From assembly GCF_009914755.1 (NCBI RefSeq), contig NC_060928.1: a stretch of DNA of 64,000 nt; one strand, given 5' to 3'. The first letter of the stretch is position 1. Every line of letters starts with the position of its first letter. Of this stretch, positions 27,751-41,345 are shown one piece after another. Origin of the DNA: the human T2T-CHM13v2.0 reference genome, Homo sapiens. The notes beneath the pieces are model-generated. The model saw only the letters and a list, made by a program, of their open reading frames with translations, was not told the origin of the DNA and did no database searches. The translations under genes and the position numbers were made by a program.

Positions 27751-27798
27751 ATAAGACATATTGTGCATATATGTATATAAACAATACTGTGTATATCC

Positions 27799-27814
27799 AG
27801 ATAGATAGATAGAC

Positions 27815-27863
<49 letters not shown>
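27799..27863. repeat. (AGAT)n tetranucleotide STR with one AGAC interruption
   Basis: Read directly, ~16 units. Confidence 0.97.
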
Positions 27864-28166
27864 CACACCCTAACTTGAAAAAAATACCTATGTTCTATTG
27901 TGGAGTAGATAAAGCAATTTGTCAAACTTAATATAAAGATAGATTGCATTTTCACAAAATGTATGTGAGAGTAAGATTGTCTAGGCAACCTTAGGCTGTA
28001 TAAGAAACATAAACATCTATTCTTTTAAGTGAACTAAGTTTTAATTTTGAGCCACTATTCCAACCAGTGGTAGAAACTCATTAAGTAGACACAGTCAAAT
28101 CAGAGTTTCTTATTAACTTATCCCATCCTAGGAATGAGATTATGAAAGTGTCACGGGATGGTGAGT

Positions 28167-28285
28167 GCCATATGCTGAATTGTGTCCTCTCAAATTTATA
28201 TGTTGAAGTCCTACCCACAATTATTTTTTAGGACTTCTATCCTCCACAACTGTGAGAAATAGTTCTGTTGTTCCAGCCGCTGTTG
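28167..28285 (+). mobile_element. MLT1-type (MaLR) LTR remnant with internal deletion
   Basis: TGCTGAATTGTGTCCTCTCAAATTTATATGTTGAAGTCCTA joined to CCTCCACAACTGTGAGAAATA. Confidence 0.65.
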
Positions 28286-28961
28286 CCTCATGTGTCCACA
28301 CTCATCACAAGACCCTTTCTGAACTCTGTTCTTCTCTTAGTCATTTCCGTGCCATTTTTCACTCAAGAAAATGTATGGCTGCCCTACCGTGACACCCTGG
28401 GCATAGTGGGGGTTGGGGTTGGAGCAGGCTGCCACTTTGAGGCTGTCTCAGTTTCATCTGACTGAACACCCCGCACAGCCACCTTTACTCCTATCCTATG
28501 CTACTTTACCCTCCTGGAAAAGGGGCAAGATCTTGCCATACCCTGATTCATCTTTTGTTTCTGTTATTATATCCAACTTTGTGGGGGGTGCAACATGGAG
28601 CGCAACTTCTCAACACAACAACACCGTGCCTAATTCTCTTCTGCTCCAGTCATGCAATCACAGTCAGGTACTGTGGGGGTCAAGGGGCCAGGTGCTGGAA
28701 AAGTGAACTCTGAGTACTCAGAAATTCTTTGCCAGCCTCATTGTTTCTAGCATAAGTCCAAACTTTTGAAATTTAAAGATCAATACTTTATTTATTCTTT
28801 ACTTCTGCTTTAACAACTTTTTTTTTCCTAAGGCACCATGTACTCACAGAATATGGAGAAAGGTACAGGAGAAGATACAGTGGTGGTGATGGTAGGAAAC
28901 CTTGATGAATATTTCAAAATGTTACTCTGGTACACTGGGTTATCTTGAAAGTTAGGCTTAG

Positions 28962-29271
28962 AGCTGGGCATGGTGGCTCACACCCGTAATCCCAACACTT
29001 AGGGAGGTTGAGGCGGGTGGATCACCTGAGGTCAGGAGTTCAAGACCAGCCTGGCCAACATGTCGTGCATATGTAGAGACAAAATGCCGTCTCTACAAAA
29101 ATACAAAAATTAGCCAGGTATGATGGTGTATGCCTGTAATCCCAGCTACTTGGGATGCTGAGGAGGCAGGAGAATCGCTAGAAACCTGGAAGGTGGAGGT
29201 TGCAGTGAGCTGAGATCATGCCACGGCACTCCAGCCTGGGTGACAGAGCAAGACTCCATCTCAAAAAAAAA
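28962..29271 (+). mobile_element. AluS SINE with small internal insertion
   Basis: Full dimer; TSD ..TTAGGCTTAGA; extra TCGTGCATATGTAGAGAC before the middle A-tract. Confidence 0.93.
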
Positions 29272-29300
29272 GAATTTAGGCTTAGAGAGGGGAAGGGGAA

Positions 29301-29366
29301 ACTTTCACTTTTACTTGATATAATTCACTTGATATAATTCACTTTCACTTTTACTTGATATAATTC
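29301..29366. repeat. Nested micro-tandem duplication (26+14+26 bp)
   Basis: ACTTTCACTTTTACTTGATATAATTC / ACTTGATATAATTC / ACTTTCACTTTTACTTGATATAATTC. Confidence 0.95.
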
Positions 29367-29879
29367 TATATTATTAAATAATTATCCCTTTAAATAAAAA
29401 GTTAATCATTTTTATAAGCTTCATATCAATTGATCCTTATAACAATACTATGATGTAGCAGGGGCAGTTACTATTAACTTGTATTTTAACAGATGAATAA
29501 ATGAAGTCATTCCTACACATTAAAAGTATCTTTTGATCTGGAACAAGTAAGATAAAATGAGAGGCAAACATATAATGAGTGCTTTCAGTGAGTAAGGAAT
29601 ACACTAGGAAAAAAGCTGTTACAAATATCCTAATAATGCCTAACATTTCTCTAAACCCTTATTGATTAGAAACCATTTTCAAAGTTATAGTTTTTATTGA
29701 TTATTCTTTTGAAATAGTTTGTGTCCATTCTTTTCTTCCTAAAGGTATCTCTTCCATGCAGGTCTTCATGGTTCATGTTTCAACTACCACCAGATCCTTC
29801 GCTCCTGCCAATCATTCCTGCCCCAGTATGTTCTTCACCTCACTTGATTTTACTAAAACATTGCTTGGATCACGTCATC

Positions 29880-30120
29880 ATAAAGACCTTAGGTTGGAAA
29901 GAGCCTCAAATGCAGCCTCTCGCCTGGCTCAGGAATCTTTTCAAGAGGATCCCTGGCATAAGATTTTCCTGCCTTTTTGAACCATTGGATAGGGATTCAC
30001 TGCTTTCTGAGGCAGCTTGTTCTATTTTTAGCTTAAAGTATCAGAAAGTTCCTTCTTTTGGCTCTACTGAATGCTTCTCTTTAACTTCCACACAAAATGA
30101 ATCCAATCTTTCTTTTATGT
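29880..30120 (-). mobile_element. L3/CR1 3' fragment
   Basis: TTAGGTTGGAAAGAGCC...GATTCACTGCTTTCTGAGGCAGCTTGTTCTATTTT resembles the antisense L3 3' end. Confidence 0.5.
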
Positions 30121-30160
30121 GAAAACCTTTCTTTAAAAAAAAAAAAAAGAAATTGTATAA

Positions 30161-30304
<144 letters not shown>

Positions 30305-30647
30305 TGAGACTATAAGTCTTTTCACCTCAATTATTCTCTTCACCACACCGAACATTCCCAATTCCTTTCTTGGTGTTTTCGTTTGTTTTTTTGTTTTTGT
30401 TTTTGTTTTGTTTTTTTTTTTTTGGTCCAATATCCCTGAGACCACCACAGTTCTTGACACACGGTAAATATTGAAGGCATATTTGTTTCCTGAGTTAATG
30501 AATGGCTAAAGTGCCCTATTGTTACAGCATTGCTTTGGTTCCAGTTTTATAATCTGTAAAGAAAGGCATCAATACGTGTCCTCCATCTGGTAGTTGATCT
30601 GCAGTAACTCCTGCAATGATCTAACATCTGTTTCTCTCTTCTTTTAG

Positions 30648-31140
30648 CTTCACAGAAATGTCAGATATTTCTATGGCAGTGTAATTTTTAAATATACAAG
30701 TTTATTCCCCCTCTTAGCTTTTATGTCTGTTGTTTCTGAACAGCTCATTACAACATGACAGTATAAATATCTTAAATGAATATGTGCCGTCTTACTTATC
30801 TCCTGTTGTTGAAACAGTTCCCATTTGGTTTTTACCCAGTGTGTGAAAAGTTCTGTTTTTCATTAGTATCCATACATTATTTGGCCATCACCAGAATGAG
30901 GCAATACAGCTTTATTAATATGTTCAGTCATATAGTTAGTAAAGACACTATGTTGCACAGTTTATAAAGTACACGTCTTAATGGAACAGGGTTGAATTAT
31001 CAGAGCTATTCCTGGTGAATCATAGTCTTGGTTACCACCCATTTTTGCTTATTTATCCTGCCTCCTAGACTTAGTTTAACACTCAAGATAATAGAACCGA
31101 AGAACTGAGAAGGTAATAAATCAGTTCATTCTTCTCTGAT
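30648..31140 (+). other. Candidate alternative last exon
   Basis: Branch point CTAAC at 30621-30625, polypyrimidine TCTGTTTCTCTCTTCTTTT, AG at 30646-30647; short frames to stop; AATAAA at ~31115. Confidence 0.45.
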
Positions 31141-33059
31141 AATAGGTGTGTTGGCTATAAAGATTGAAGATACAATTAAATTATATGTGAATTTTAGTCA
31201 TATCTACACCCATTTACTACAAATAAGCAAGAATTTTTTATTGTCAAGTTTCTTATAATTATGGTTCAGAAGCAGCTATCTCAGGTCCTCCCGAAGGATA
31301 TAGTGTAGTGTTGCCACTATGTTGATTATTCAACCATAGAATTTTTAAAAGTATAAAGCCAAGTACCTCCAGGAATGACCTTAATTATTGAAATTAGCAT
31401 CCCTCATACCAATGATCATTTACCAGTATGTTTTCAAACTTTCTATCTTAAATCACAGTACTATAAATTTTTATAGTACCCTTTTAAGTATCCAGATTTC
31501 TCTTTATTAAGTGAAATACACAGAAAACACATTTCTTGCTTGCTATATGTAGCAGGATTAGACATCTACAGCATTATGCTTTCAAGAAAATTTTTCTTGA
31601 CATTGTTTAAGAAGGAGAGAGAACAGTGAGATTTCCACATCTGTTAAATAATCATTAGCATGTAGGATTGAATTCTGTCTTCTTTTTCAACCTAAGACCA
31701 GCTGTTGAAGTAAACTAGAAGGGCCCCTTAATTATTGCATATTTCAATAGCTTGCTGAGGATTCAGTTACCTAGATCCACCACTCTGATCAAAGGGGACT
31801 GATTTACTTTGTCACCATTGTTATTGAAAGCATTCCTTATTTGATTGTTTTGCTTCTAAAATGTTCTATAAAAGGTCAGACAGGGTGTCTTTCTCTGATT
31901 CCATCAGGCCTCTGGGAAGAACCTCTGCTACCAATTATGTGCTACTTGGACGGGTGCTAAGACATTGCACGGCTTCTTTCCCTTGGCCTTCATACAGGTT
32001 TGCTTTTGTCACCAATATTGCTGAGTCAAAGGTGTCTTAATGTCCATATGGCATTTGGCATCAGTGAAAAGCAAATTCAGAAAAATGAACTTATTTCCTC
32101 TTGTTTGTGACGCGATTTGGTACCATTGCCGAGGAGACATTTGCCATGAGTTGTACATCTGTATCAAAGGCTTTAATTTATTTTAAGGGTCTCCTTATTA
32201 CCATTGGCTTCATGATTGTTTTTGTAAACATGGAATAAAGTCTTAACCTGGCATAACCCACAGCCTAGGGACTAAACAAAACTAAACTAATGCCTGCAAC
32301 TTTGGCCCTCCACAGGAAACACCGTAAGAATGATTGAATATGAAAATCAAATTTTGACTGCTTCCAAATAGATCACAATACTGAATTATGCCAGTGTTGT
32401 GTTTATTGTTTCTCTCTTCCAGCCTTTCACGCACTGTGTCAACTTGGCCAACAGCAGCTATCCATGAGCTCTTGTATGTGGCAGGATGGGTGTTCTGTCT
32501 TTATATTGAGGCCACCAATGGAATGTCATTATGCATTTACAAAGATGCACACCTGTTTGGAATATGCCCTCATGCCTCCACAATTAACAAGTTTTTAATC
32601 TAAAGCTGTTTTCACAAGTAGTAGATGTCAGAATTTCTTTGAAATCTCTTCATAGCAGACGCACAGGTGTGTTTGCCAGGCCACTGTTCTTTTCTATAGT
32701 ATTTCACTATTTTCAAGATGAAATTTATTGGTATGTATAGTGACATATATACAAATTTATTGGTATATAAAGGAGGCCATATTCTTTACTATAATGAAGC
32801 TTTTTCTCCTAAAGATAATTAAAGTAATGAAGCATGTGTTAACTACATACTGCAAAGGATATGTGAAATGGGAAATGGAAAAAAAGAAAAACTTCTAAAT
32901 AGAGAGGTAAATAAAAGAGACATAATCTATGCCCTGGAAATCAAAACGTAGGTCGTAGAGCGCAAAAGGGAGTTTGCTTTTTAAGATTTGTTTACCTTTT
33001 TTGTGATGGGATAACATAGAAGATTTTTAGTCCATTGTCTCTATTGTCAAAGTATGTTC

Positions 33060-33790
33060 AGAATTCAACAATTTCCTGTCCTCTTTATTGCCAGCACACT
33101 AGCCTTAGTCACCATTGTCTCTCACCTGGATTTCTGCAGAGGCTTCCTGTCGGGTCTTTCTGCTGTCACCCTTGACACCTTCCCTCCCGTCCCATGCCCA
33201 CCATGTCTGTTCTCAACATAGGCCAGAGCAAATCTTTAAAAGTGTTTCAGTGTGTCACTGGGTCCTCAGAACTTTGCAGTAGCTCCCCATCTCTCAGAGT
33301 GAAAGGTAGTCTTTAAAATGGCCTTCCAGATTCTACATGACCTGGCTCCTGTTACCTCTGAACCTCCTCTCCTACTTCCTCCTGTTTCTGGAATATATCT
33401 GGCATGGTCTTAACTAGGCCTTTGTACTGTCCCTTATCAGGAATACTCTTCGGGCAGACTTCTTCCTGCTTAACTCTCTCATCTCTTCCATTCAGTCTTT
33501 GCTCAATGTTCCTGCTTAAAATTGCAGCTCATCCCTGCTACACACAATCAGGAGACTTCCCACCCTACTCTATTTTTTTTTTATATAAAACAGTTACTGT
33601 CTATCAAGTTACCATATAATTTACTTTGTAATTATATTATTAATTGTCTCCCCCCAATAGAATGTAATCCAAAAAAAAAAAAAAAACAGAAATAGGCTCT
33701 GTTTTGTTCATAGAGGTAACTCATGCCTAGAACAGTGCCTGGCACATGCATAGTAAGTGCTTCAAAAGTATTTCTTCATAGAATGAATTG
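33060..33790 (+). mobile_element. L2 3' fragment
   Basis: Pyrimidine-rich L2 body ending in GCCTAGAACAGTGCCTGGCAC...GAATGAAT. Confidence 0.75.
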
Positions 33791-34289
33791 AATCAAAACT
33801 GGTAAAGTTGGAAAGTTGGTGTTAAGGGGAAGATATGAGTTCAGTATTGTCCTTTTGAATTTTAGAAGTAAGCGATAGAGCTTTGGAAAGAGAATAATAG
33901 GACTATAGATGAAGTTATGGGAATCATGTGCACCTAATTCATCAGCAAATCCTGCCAGTTCTACCTCCAACCTACCTTCAAGCTGTACTGCGTTTCACCT
34001 TTACCACAGTCATGTAAGCCAGTATTGTCTATCACCTGGCTTATTACAGCATTCTGCAACTAGTCACCTTGGATCTGCACTGAACCCTCAACACATTTTG
34101 AGCTCAACACAGTGAGTTGGAAGGCAAGGATCCAGGGAAGATGAACACCAAAACCTGCAGAAGAGAGGGAATAATTAGTAAAGAGGTATCTGAAAGAAGG
34201 TTGGAGAAACAGAATGAGAAGGGGCAAGGCTGCCTTTTCTTTTGAATTAACGGGAAGTGGCTTTAGAAGGTCAAGAAGGTATGAGTAAG

Positions 34290-34990
34290 TTTACCCCGTT
34301 AGAATGGCTAAAATCACAGAGACTAACAACCTAAAATATCAGGCAGGATGTAGAGTAATTGGAGCTTTCATACTTTGCTGATAAGGATTTGGTATGGTAC
34401 AAACTCTTTGGATAATTGTTTGGCAGTTGTCTATAAAGTTAAACACTTACTTGTGAGCCAGTAATTGTACTCTTCAATATTTATCAAAATATGTAAAAAC
34501 ACAGGTGAAAAACTGTTTATAGCACCCTTATTCAGAATTACCTAAAACAGGAAACAACTCTGATGTCCATCAGTAGGAGAAGGGATTGTGATATATTCAT
34601 TCAATGGAATAATATTAAACAATAAAAAAGAACAAAGCACGGCTATACATAGAAAAATGAATGCACCTCAAAAACACTAGGTTAAGCAAAAGTGGCCAGG
34701 CACAAACGAGTACATACTGTATGATTCCAGTTACTTGAATACATAAAATCCAAGAACACACAGAAAACATTTATATGGTGACAGATGTCAGAGAGTGGTT
34801 GCCTGGAGTAGTGGGGAGGAGGAAGGGAATTGTCTGGAAATGGGTAGAAGAGAACTTTCTGGGTGAAGACAGTGTGTGCTATCTTGTTTTGGATGGCCGT
34901 TAGCCAGGCACACACAGTTGTCAAATTTGTCAAACTGAACTCTTGAGATCGGTGTACTGTACTGTATGTTAATTACACCTCAGTTAAAAC
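34290..34990 (+). mobile_element. Old L1M (MC/MD/ME) 3' end
   Basis: TTAGAATGGCTAAAAT...GGATGTAGAG...TACATACTGTATGATTCC...GTCAAACTGAAC...ACACCTCA. Confidence 0.8.
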
Positions 34991-35099
34991 ATGTAATCAA
35001 AATCTATGGGCCTATGTTGGGAAATTCTGAGATAAACAAGAAGGAAAATGTGATACCTTAAATGCAGTGGCTCAAGTCTTCTTAGAAAAGTAGGGTACA

Positions 35100-35427
<328 letters not shown>

Positions 35428-36394
35428 TTATGTCTTGAGCTTGATACATGAGTGATTAGACTGGAAGAGTAGAAAAAGCTGAGACCAGCTACTTTACGAA
35501 ATGTGACAGGACGTCAACAAGAGAAAACTAAAGTATTAATGGGCAGAAGTGAAGACCCAGGCAAGGCAGCCAGTGATGACTATGCCACAGTGGAACCAGG
35601 CAACATGATTTTGTGGTTTACGGGTGAGTAAATTTGATAACTGCTAGTTAGGAAGCCAGACAATTGGAGTCTAGGGCATTCATGTCTTTCTGGAAGCCTC
35701 GGAAAAGGTGAGGTTTGAACTGTGCCTTGAAGAATAAGGTGAATTTTACTAGGTAGAGAATGTGCAGGTAGGATATATTAGGGTAAATAAAATGTATCAC
35801 TAAAATTAACTCCACCTGCTTCTTTTGATTTTAGTTTGGCTACTAGAAAATTTTAAATTATGTATATGGCTCAAGAACATATTTCTTTTGGACAGTTCTA
35901 GCCTTGAGGCATAGAGATAAGCTATTGCCATAATCGAGGCAAAAGATGATGAATGCCTGGACTCAGACAATGGCAGCAGGGATCGAGGAACAGTAAAATT
36001 CAAGAGATATTTCTAAGGACTGAATTGACTGATGGAGGTTAGTGATTACATTTGATGGGGAAAGGGTGATGGAGCAGGACAAATCAAAGATTGCTCCAAG
36101 TTTTCTAACTTGGATAATATTGATTGGGAGGGGAAGCCATATATCACATTAGAGAAAATACAGGAAAAAAACGAAGTAGATTTGCAAGGGGAATAGGAAG
36201 AAAGAATACCACATATTGACTCCCAGGCACAAGTCACATATTAAATCATGTTCATGCCTGCAAAGATGTAAGAAATTATGACCCAGAGAGAATATTTAGC
36301 TCTGTGGAAAATCAGTCAGCTAGAAAGTGGAAGAACTAGGATTCAAACCCACACCAGTGGCGGTAGTAAATGCCTTTAAAACTTGGAAAGGGCC

Positions 36395-36680
36395 GGCCGG
36401 GCGTGGTGGCTCACGCCTGTAATCCCAACACTTTGGGAGGCCAAGGCAGGCGGATCACGAGGTCAGGAGATCAAGACCATCCTGGCTCATCTCTACTAAA
36501 AATACAAAAAATTAGCCAGGCGTCATGGCAGGCGCCTGTAGTCCAGCTACTTGGGAGGCTGAGGCAGGAGAACGTTAACCTGGGAGGCGGAGCTTGCAGT
36601 GAGTGGAGATCGCACCACTGCAATCCAGCCTGGGTGACAGTGCGAGACTCTGTGTCAAAAAAAAAAAAAAAAACAAACAA
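36395..36680 (+). mobile_element. AluSc/Y-like SINE with short deletion
   Basis: GGATCACGAGGTCAGGAGATC and GCGGAGCTTGCAG; TSD AAACTT(G/A)GAAAG(G/A)GCC. Confidence 0.93.
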
Positions 36681-37071
36681 ACTTAGAAAGAGCCAATGAG
36701 CAAACTATGGTTTGGGTTCTGTAGGTCGATGCGTGTGTTTATCCTGGGTCACACTGTGAGAAGGCTGTGTGCTGTAATTAGAGTTTGCTCTAAGAACTGA
36801 CAGACTAACCTGGCACACAGTAATCAGAAATGGCAAGATTCATATTCGGGGGATGATTTTTACCTAAATGCTAGATTACAGAATCTGTGTCATTAAAATC
36901 AAACAGCTGCAAACAAATATGGGTAAAGTGCAGTCCTATGGCAAACACAACAAATAACTATTGTGCTTACTGTCTTAGACGTGTAAAGGCCCAGGCTATG
37001 AAGATGAGGCTGTATTATCATGAGGACATGCCCTGTTCATGTTGTAAAACTTTTTTTAAAACTATACCTTA

Positions 37072-37392
37072 GGCCAGGCACGATGGCTCCCGCCTGTAAT
37101 CCCAGCACTTTGGGAGGCCAAGGCAGACAGATCACTTGAGCCCAGGAGTTTGAGACCAGCCTGGGCAACATGGCAAAACCCTGTCTTTTCAAAAAAAACA
37201 AAAATTAGCTGGGCATGGTGACATGTGCCTGTAGTCCCAGCTCCTCAGGAGGCTGAGGTGGGAGGATGGCTTGAGCCCAGGAAGCAGAGGTTTCAGTGAG
37301 CCAAGATGGCACCACTGTATTCCCACCTGGGTGAGAAAGCAAGACCCTGCCCCACACATGCACACCCTGCCCCCACAACACACACGCACAAA
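37072..37392 (+). mobile_element. AluJ SINE with CA-rich tail
   Basis: Full dimer; TSD AAA(C/T)TATACCTT. Confidence 0.92.
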
Positions 37393-37625
37393 TTATACCT
37401 TGTTTTCTTTGTATTTTCTTCCCTTTTAAAATGTGAAAGATATAAAATATTTCAGTTAACTTAGAATTCTAGTTAATTGGATTAGATTTTCCTGATAATA
37501 CATTTTGGTATTATGATCTATGTTTCAGAAAATGTAAATTTCCACAGAAAAATAATTATATAAGAAACCATTGGTATGAGCACTTTAAGAATGTAGATTT
37601 TTCCAAGTGTATATAATTAACATAG

Positions 37626-38069
<444 letters not shown>

Positions 38070-41000
38070 TGAGTAGCAGAATTGCACACAACAGCATATT
38101 CTTTTTAAACAGCCACAAATCAGAGATTAGTCTTAAAATGAGAACATTTTTGTAAAGACAGTTACTTATCTATCATATTGGTCTTTTCATCCACACTTAA
38201 GTAGCCATCAGTCTGGAGGAACATACTTAAATGCCAGCCACAGCAGTATAATATTTTAGTTTACTGAGTCACTTACTTCAGTACCGTCATGGTAAACTCA
38301 GGCACAAGTCTACATTTAATTAATAGTACATTAAGAAATGCAGTAGCCTTGAAGAATTCCACAGCGGAGTTGATCTTAATGCCATAGTCAGTGTTGAGAA
38401 ACCTACTCATTCACAGATGGGTGTACCTCTTTCCAGTGACTCTTCCCAAATTCTAGCAAACTGATATATCAGTCACTTCTATTTAGAGCTAAGTAGAAAA
38501 AAACAAAATTGAAGGCAATCAGGTTAAAGAAACTTCCTGTAGTGGTTTTAAAAGAGAGTAGAAATAGTTGCTCACAGATTTGATAAAAAGGCTTGAATTC
38601 ACGTACCAACTCATATTCATTGTGATACCTGCCTGATTCAGGGATTTCAGTAATTTTTAGGATCTTGTGGGGGTCAGAAGTGCCATAAAGATTAATGATA
38701 CCTGTTAAGGTCACAGACTCAGGCTGGCAGTGGCAGTTGGGGAGTAGGAGAGGAAATAAAGAGAGCTTCATATAGTTCATCTAGGTTCTAGGGCTTGGCT
38801 TTGCTGCTTTAGCTTAGATCAAATAGTAATTTTTAAAACTCTTGTTTATTGATCATCTACCATCAATACGGATTGTGCCAGATATTATTTCAATGATTTG
38901 CATTCTCCTTAAACCTCCAGAGGTAGTATTCATAGCTGTTAATCCACATTTTCTACATTAGAAAAGTGAGACTCGGGGATTTAAAATTGAGTCAGCCAGA
39001 CTCCAGAGGCGTCACTTAGGTTTTGTATCTCAGCATTGTCAGGATTTGAGTAGGACTTACCGAATAATAACGCTTTCTGGAATAGAGCCAAAGTTTGTGT
39101 GTATATACGCTTATGAACCAAATATATATTTTTATATTGACAACATAAATGTATCAAATCAATTAAAAATATTAATTTGGAATAAATCTCCATAGGGTGT
39201 TTTTATAAGTTTTCAAGTATATTCCTCAGAACAAACATTAAAGTAAGCTTTTTGACACAGGAATCAAATCCCTCACATCATATTTTTCAGAGAGCATCAC
39301 ACTATTATAGTGATGAAATTTTGTGTGACACCATCAGAAACAACTGTTCATAAAAGAAGCAGGGGTATTATTACAAGGAAATGTTGAAAATTCAGTATAT
39401 TTGTATTTTAGCCTAGTTTCCCAGATTGAACAAATGCCACAAATATTTATTACTTTAGAGCAACATGTCGGTTAAAATTTCTGAACAGTTTCTGAAGGAT
39501 TTGAAGGTGGGTACTAGAGAGACAGAGAAAAGGGAATACTGAAGCTTTATATCAGAATTGAATTGTGCGATTTCATATTAAAAAGAAAGGAGAACTATAG
39601 TTCTCTTCCAGTTATTCCCAAATGTTATGTTTTATTTATTAATAAGGAAAAATATTGAGATTCATATTTCACACATCACTGAAATGACTGTGCTTAAGCA
39701 GAAATTTTTTTCACACTTGTCATTATTTACTACTTTTTAGAGCAGAAAATGTATATTTTGTTGTTCAGGAATAAAAATAGGTTACAATAAAATATGAAAA
39801 ACTAAAATTAATTCTTCTTAAAGGCATTTAGCTAAAAGTATTTTGTATTTCATTTCAAACACAGGAAAGTACTTTAATTCAAAAAAGACTTAGTTTTTAA
39901 ATATACTGCCTTCTCCATTCATGACTCAAAATGCTTTCTCATAATTTATCCCAACTCTCATAATTTTTTATTACAACAAACTTGGAAATTTCGTTTGGTT
40001 ATGTTATTTGTATTCTTTCATATGCCTCTTTTCAATCTTTTAAAATGACTTGTCATGTCAAATTGAATACTGTAGCGTGTGGATTTCTACTCTTATCAGA
40101 ACTGCAATTTACCATGGCTTTATTATTTATTATTTATTTATTCACTAATTTATTCTCCTCTTTATTCCAGAAAGGATACTCATAGGAAGGGCTTACTTAT
40201 GGATTGCTGTCATTTGGTATGCATTACTTCATGCATTTATTTATTGCCATCTCTACTAAATTGTATTTATGAAACTTTTCCTTTATTAGTTTCTTGCTTT
40301 AGAAATGAAGCAAATGAATTCTCCTGAGCCACTATATACTTATTTAAAATGTAAGAGCATTTCATTGAGCCATTTATAGGTTTTATGTATTATGTATTTT
40401 AACTAAAACACATTAAAATGTATTATTTTGGCCTTTCTGACAGTCATTTCAAGTGACAGAGCTTTCATTTTAAATGGCAAATCACCTTCTAATACACCTA
40501 AAATTGGTTATATTTTTGATCCTTTTTCTCTTCTCCTACCCTACCATTGTCTCAAACTCTCCCTCCCTGCAAGATTTGGTAGTAAGAACGTAAGCTTCTC
40601 AATAAGCTATTTCAAAAAAATTTTTTTACAATGCAATTGCGGATGGTTTGTTCTGCTTGCAGAATGGTATTTTATTCTACTCCCAGACATATAGCCATAT
40701 GTTTCCTGTCACCTCGGTGACACAGATAAGCCTTACATCTGGCTGTCTTTACCTAGGTTATCTCCCCAACTTTTGCTAAACTTGAAGCTAATATCAACTT
40801 TATAAATTTTTGGCTTTATAACCGATTTTTGCCTTCTAAACAAAGGATTAAGAAAAGCCCCTTATTACTGAGGAAGCACTTAAGATTTTGTTGAGAACTG
40901 GTTGGCATAAACATGTGGTAAAATCGTACAGAAGAAATACACACACACACACCAGGAATACAAGTAAAACTGGAGAAATCTGAATAGAATCAATGGATTT

Positions 41001-41146
41001 TATCAATGTGATTATCCTGGTATTTTACAAGATGTTACCATTGAGAGAAACTAGGTAAAAGTATACACAATCTCTTTGGATTACTTCTTGAAACTTCATG
41101 CGAGTTTACAATTGTCTCAATGAGATTTTTCATTGAGAAAAGAAAA

Positions 41147-41345
41147 ACTGGTTGGTAAACTTTTTCTTAAAGGGCCAGATAGTAAATATTTTAGGCTTTT
41201 CAAGAGCCATGAGGTGGAAACTTCTCAAATCCTTTGTTTTATAGCACAAAAGCAGTCAGTACATGAACGAGTGGCGGCTGTGTTCCCATGAAACTGTGTT
41301 ACGGAAGTAGATGGCAGCAGACGATAGTTTGCAGACTTCTGGTTT
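41147..41345. mobile_element. MER58A hAT-Charlie DNA transposon
   Basis: GGTTGGTAAACTTTTTCTTAAAGGGCCAGATAGTAAATATTTTAGGCTTT...GGCTGTGTTCCCATGAAACT...TAGTTTGCAGAC. Confidence 0.85.
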
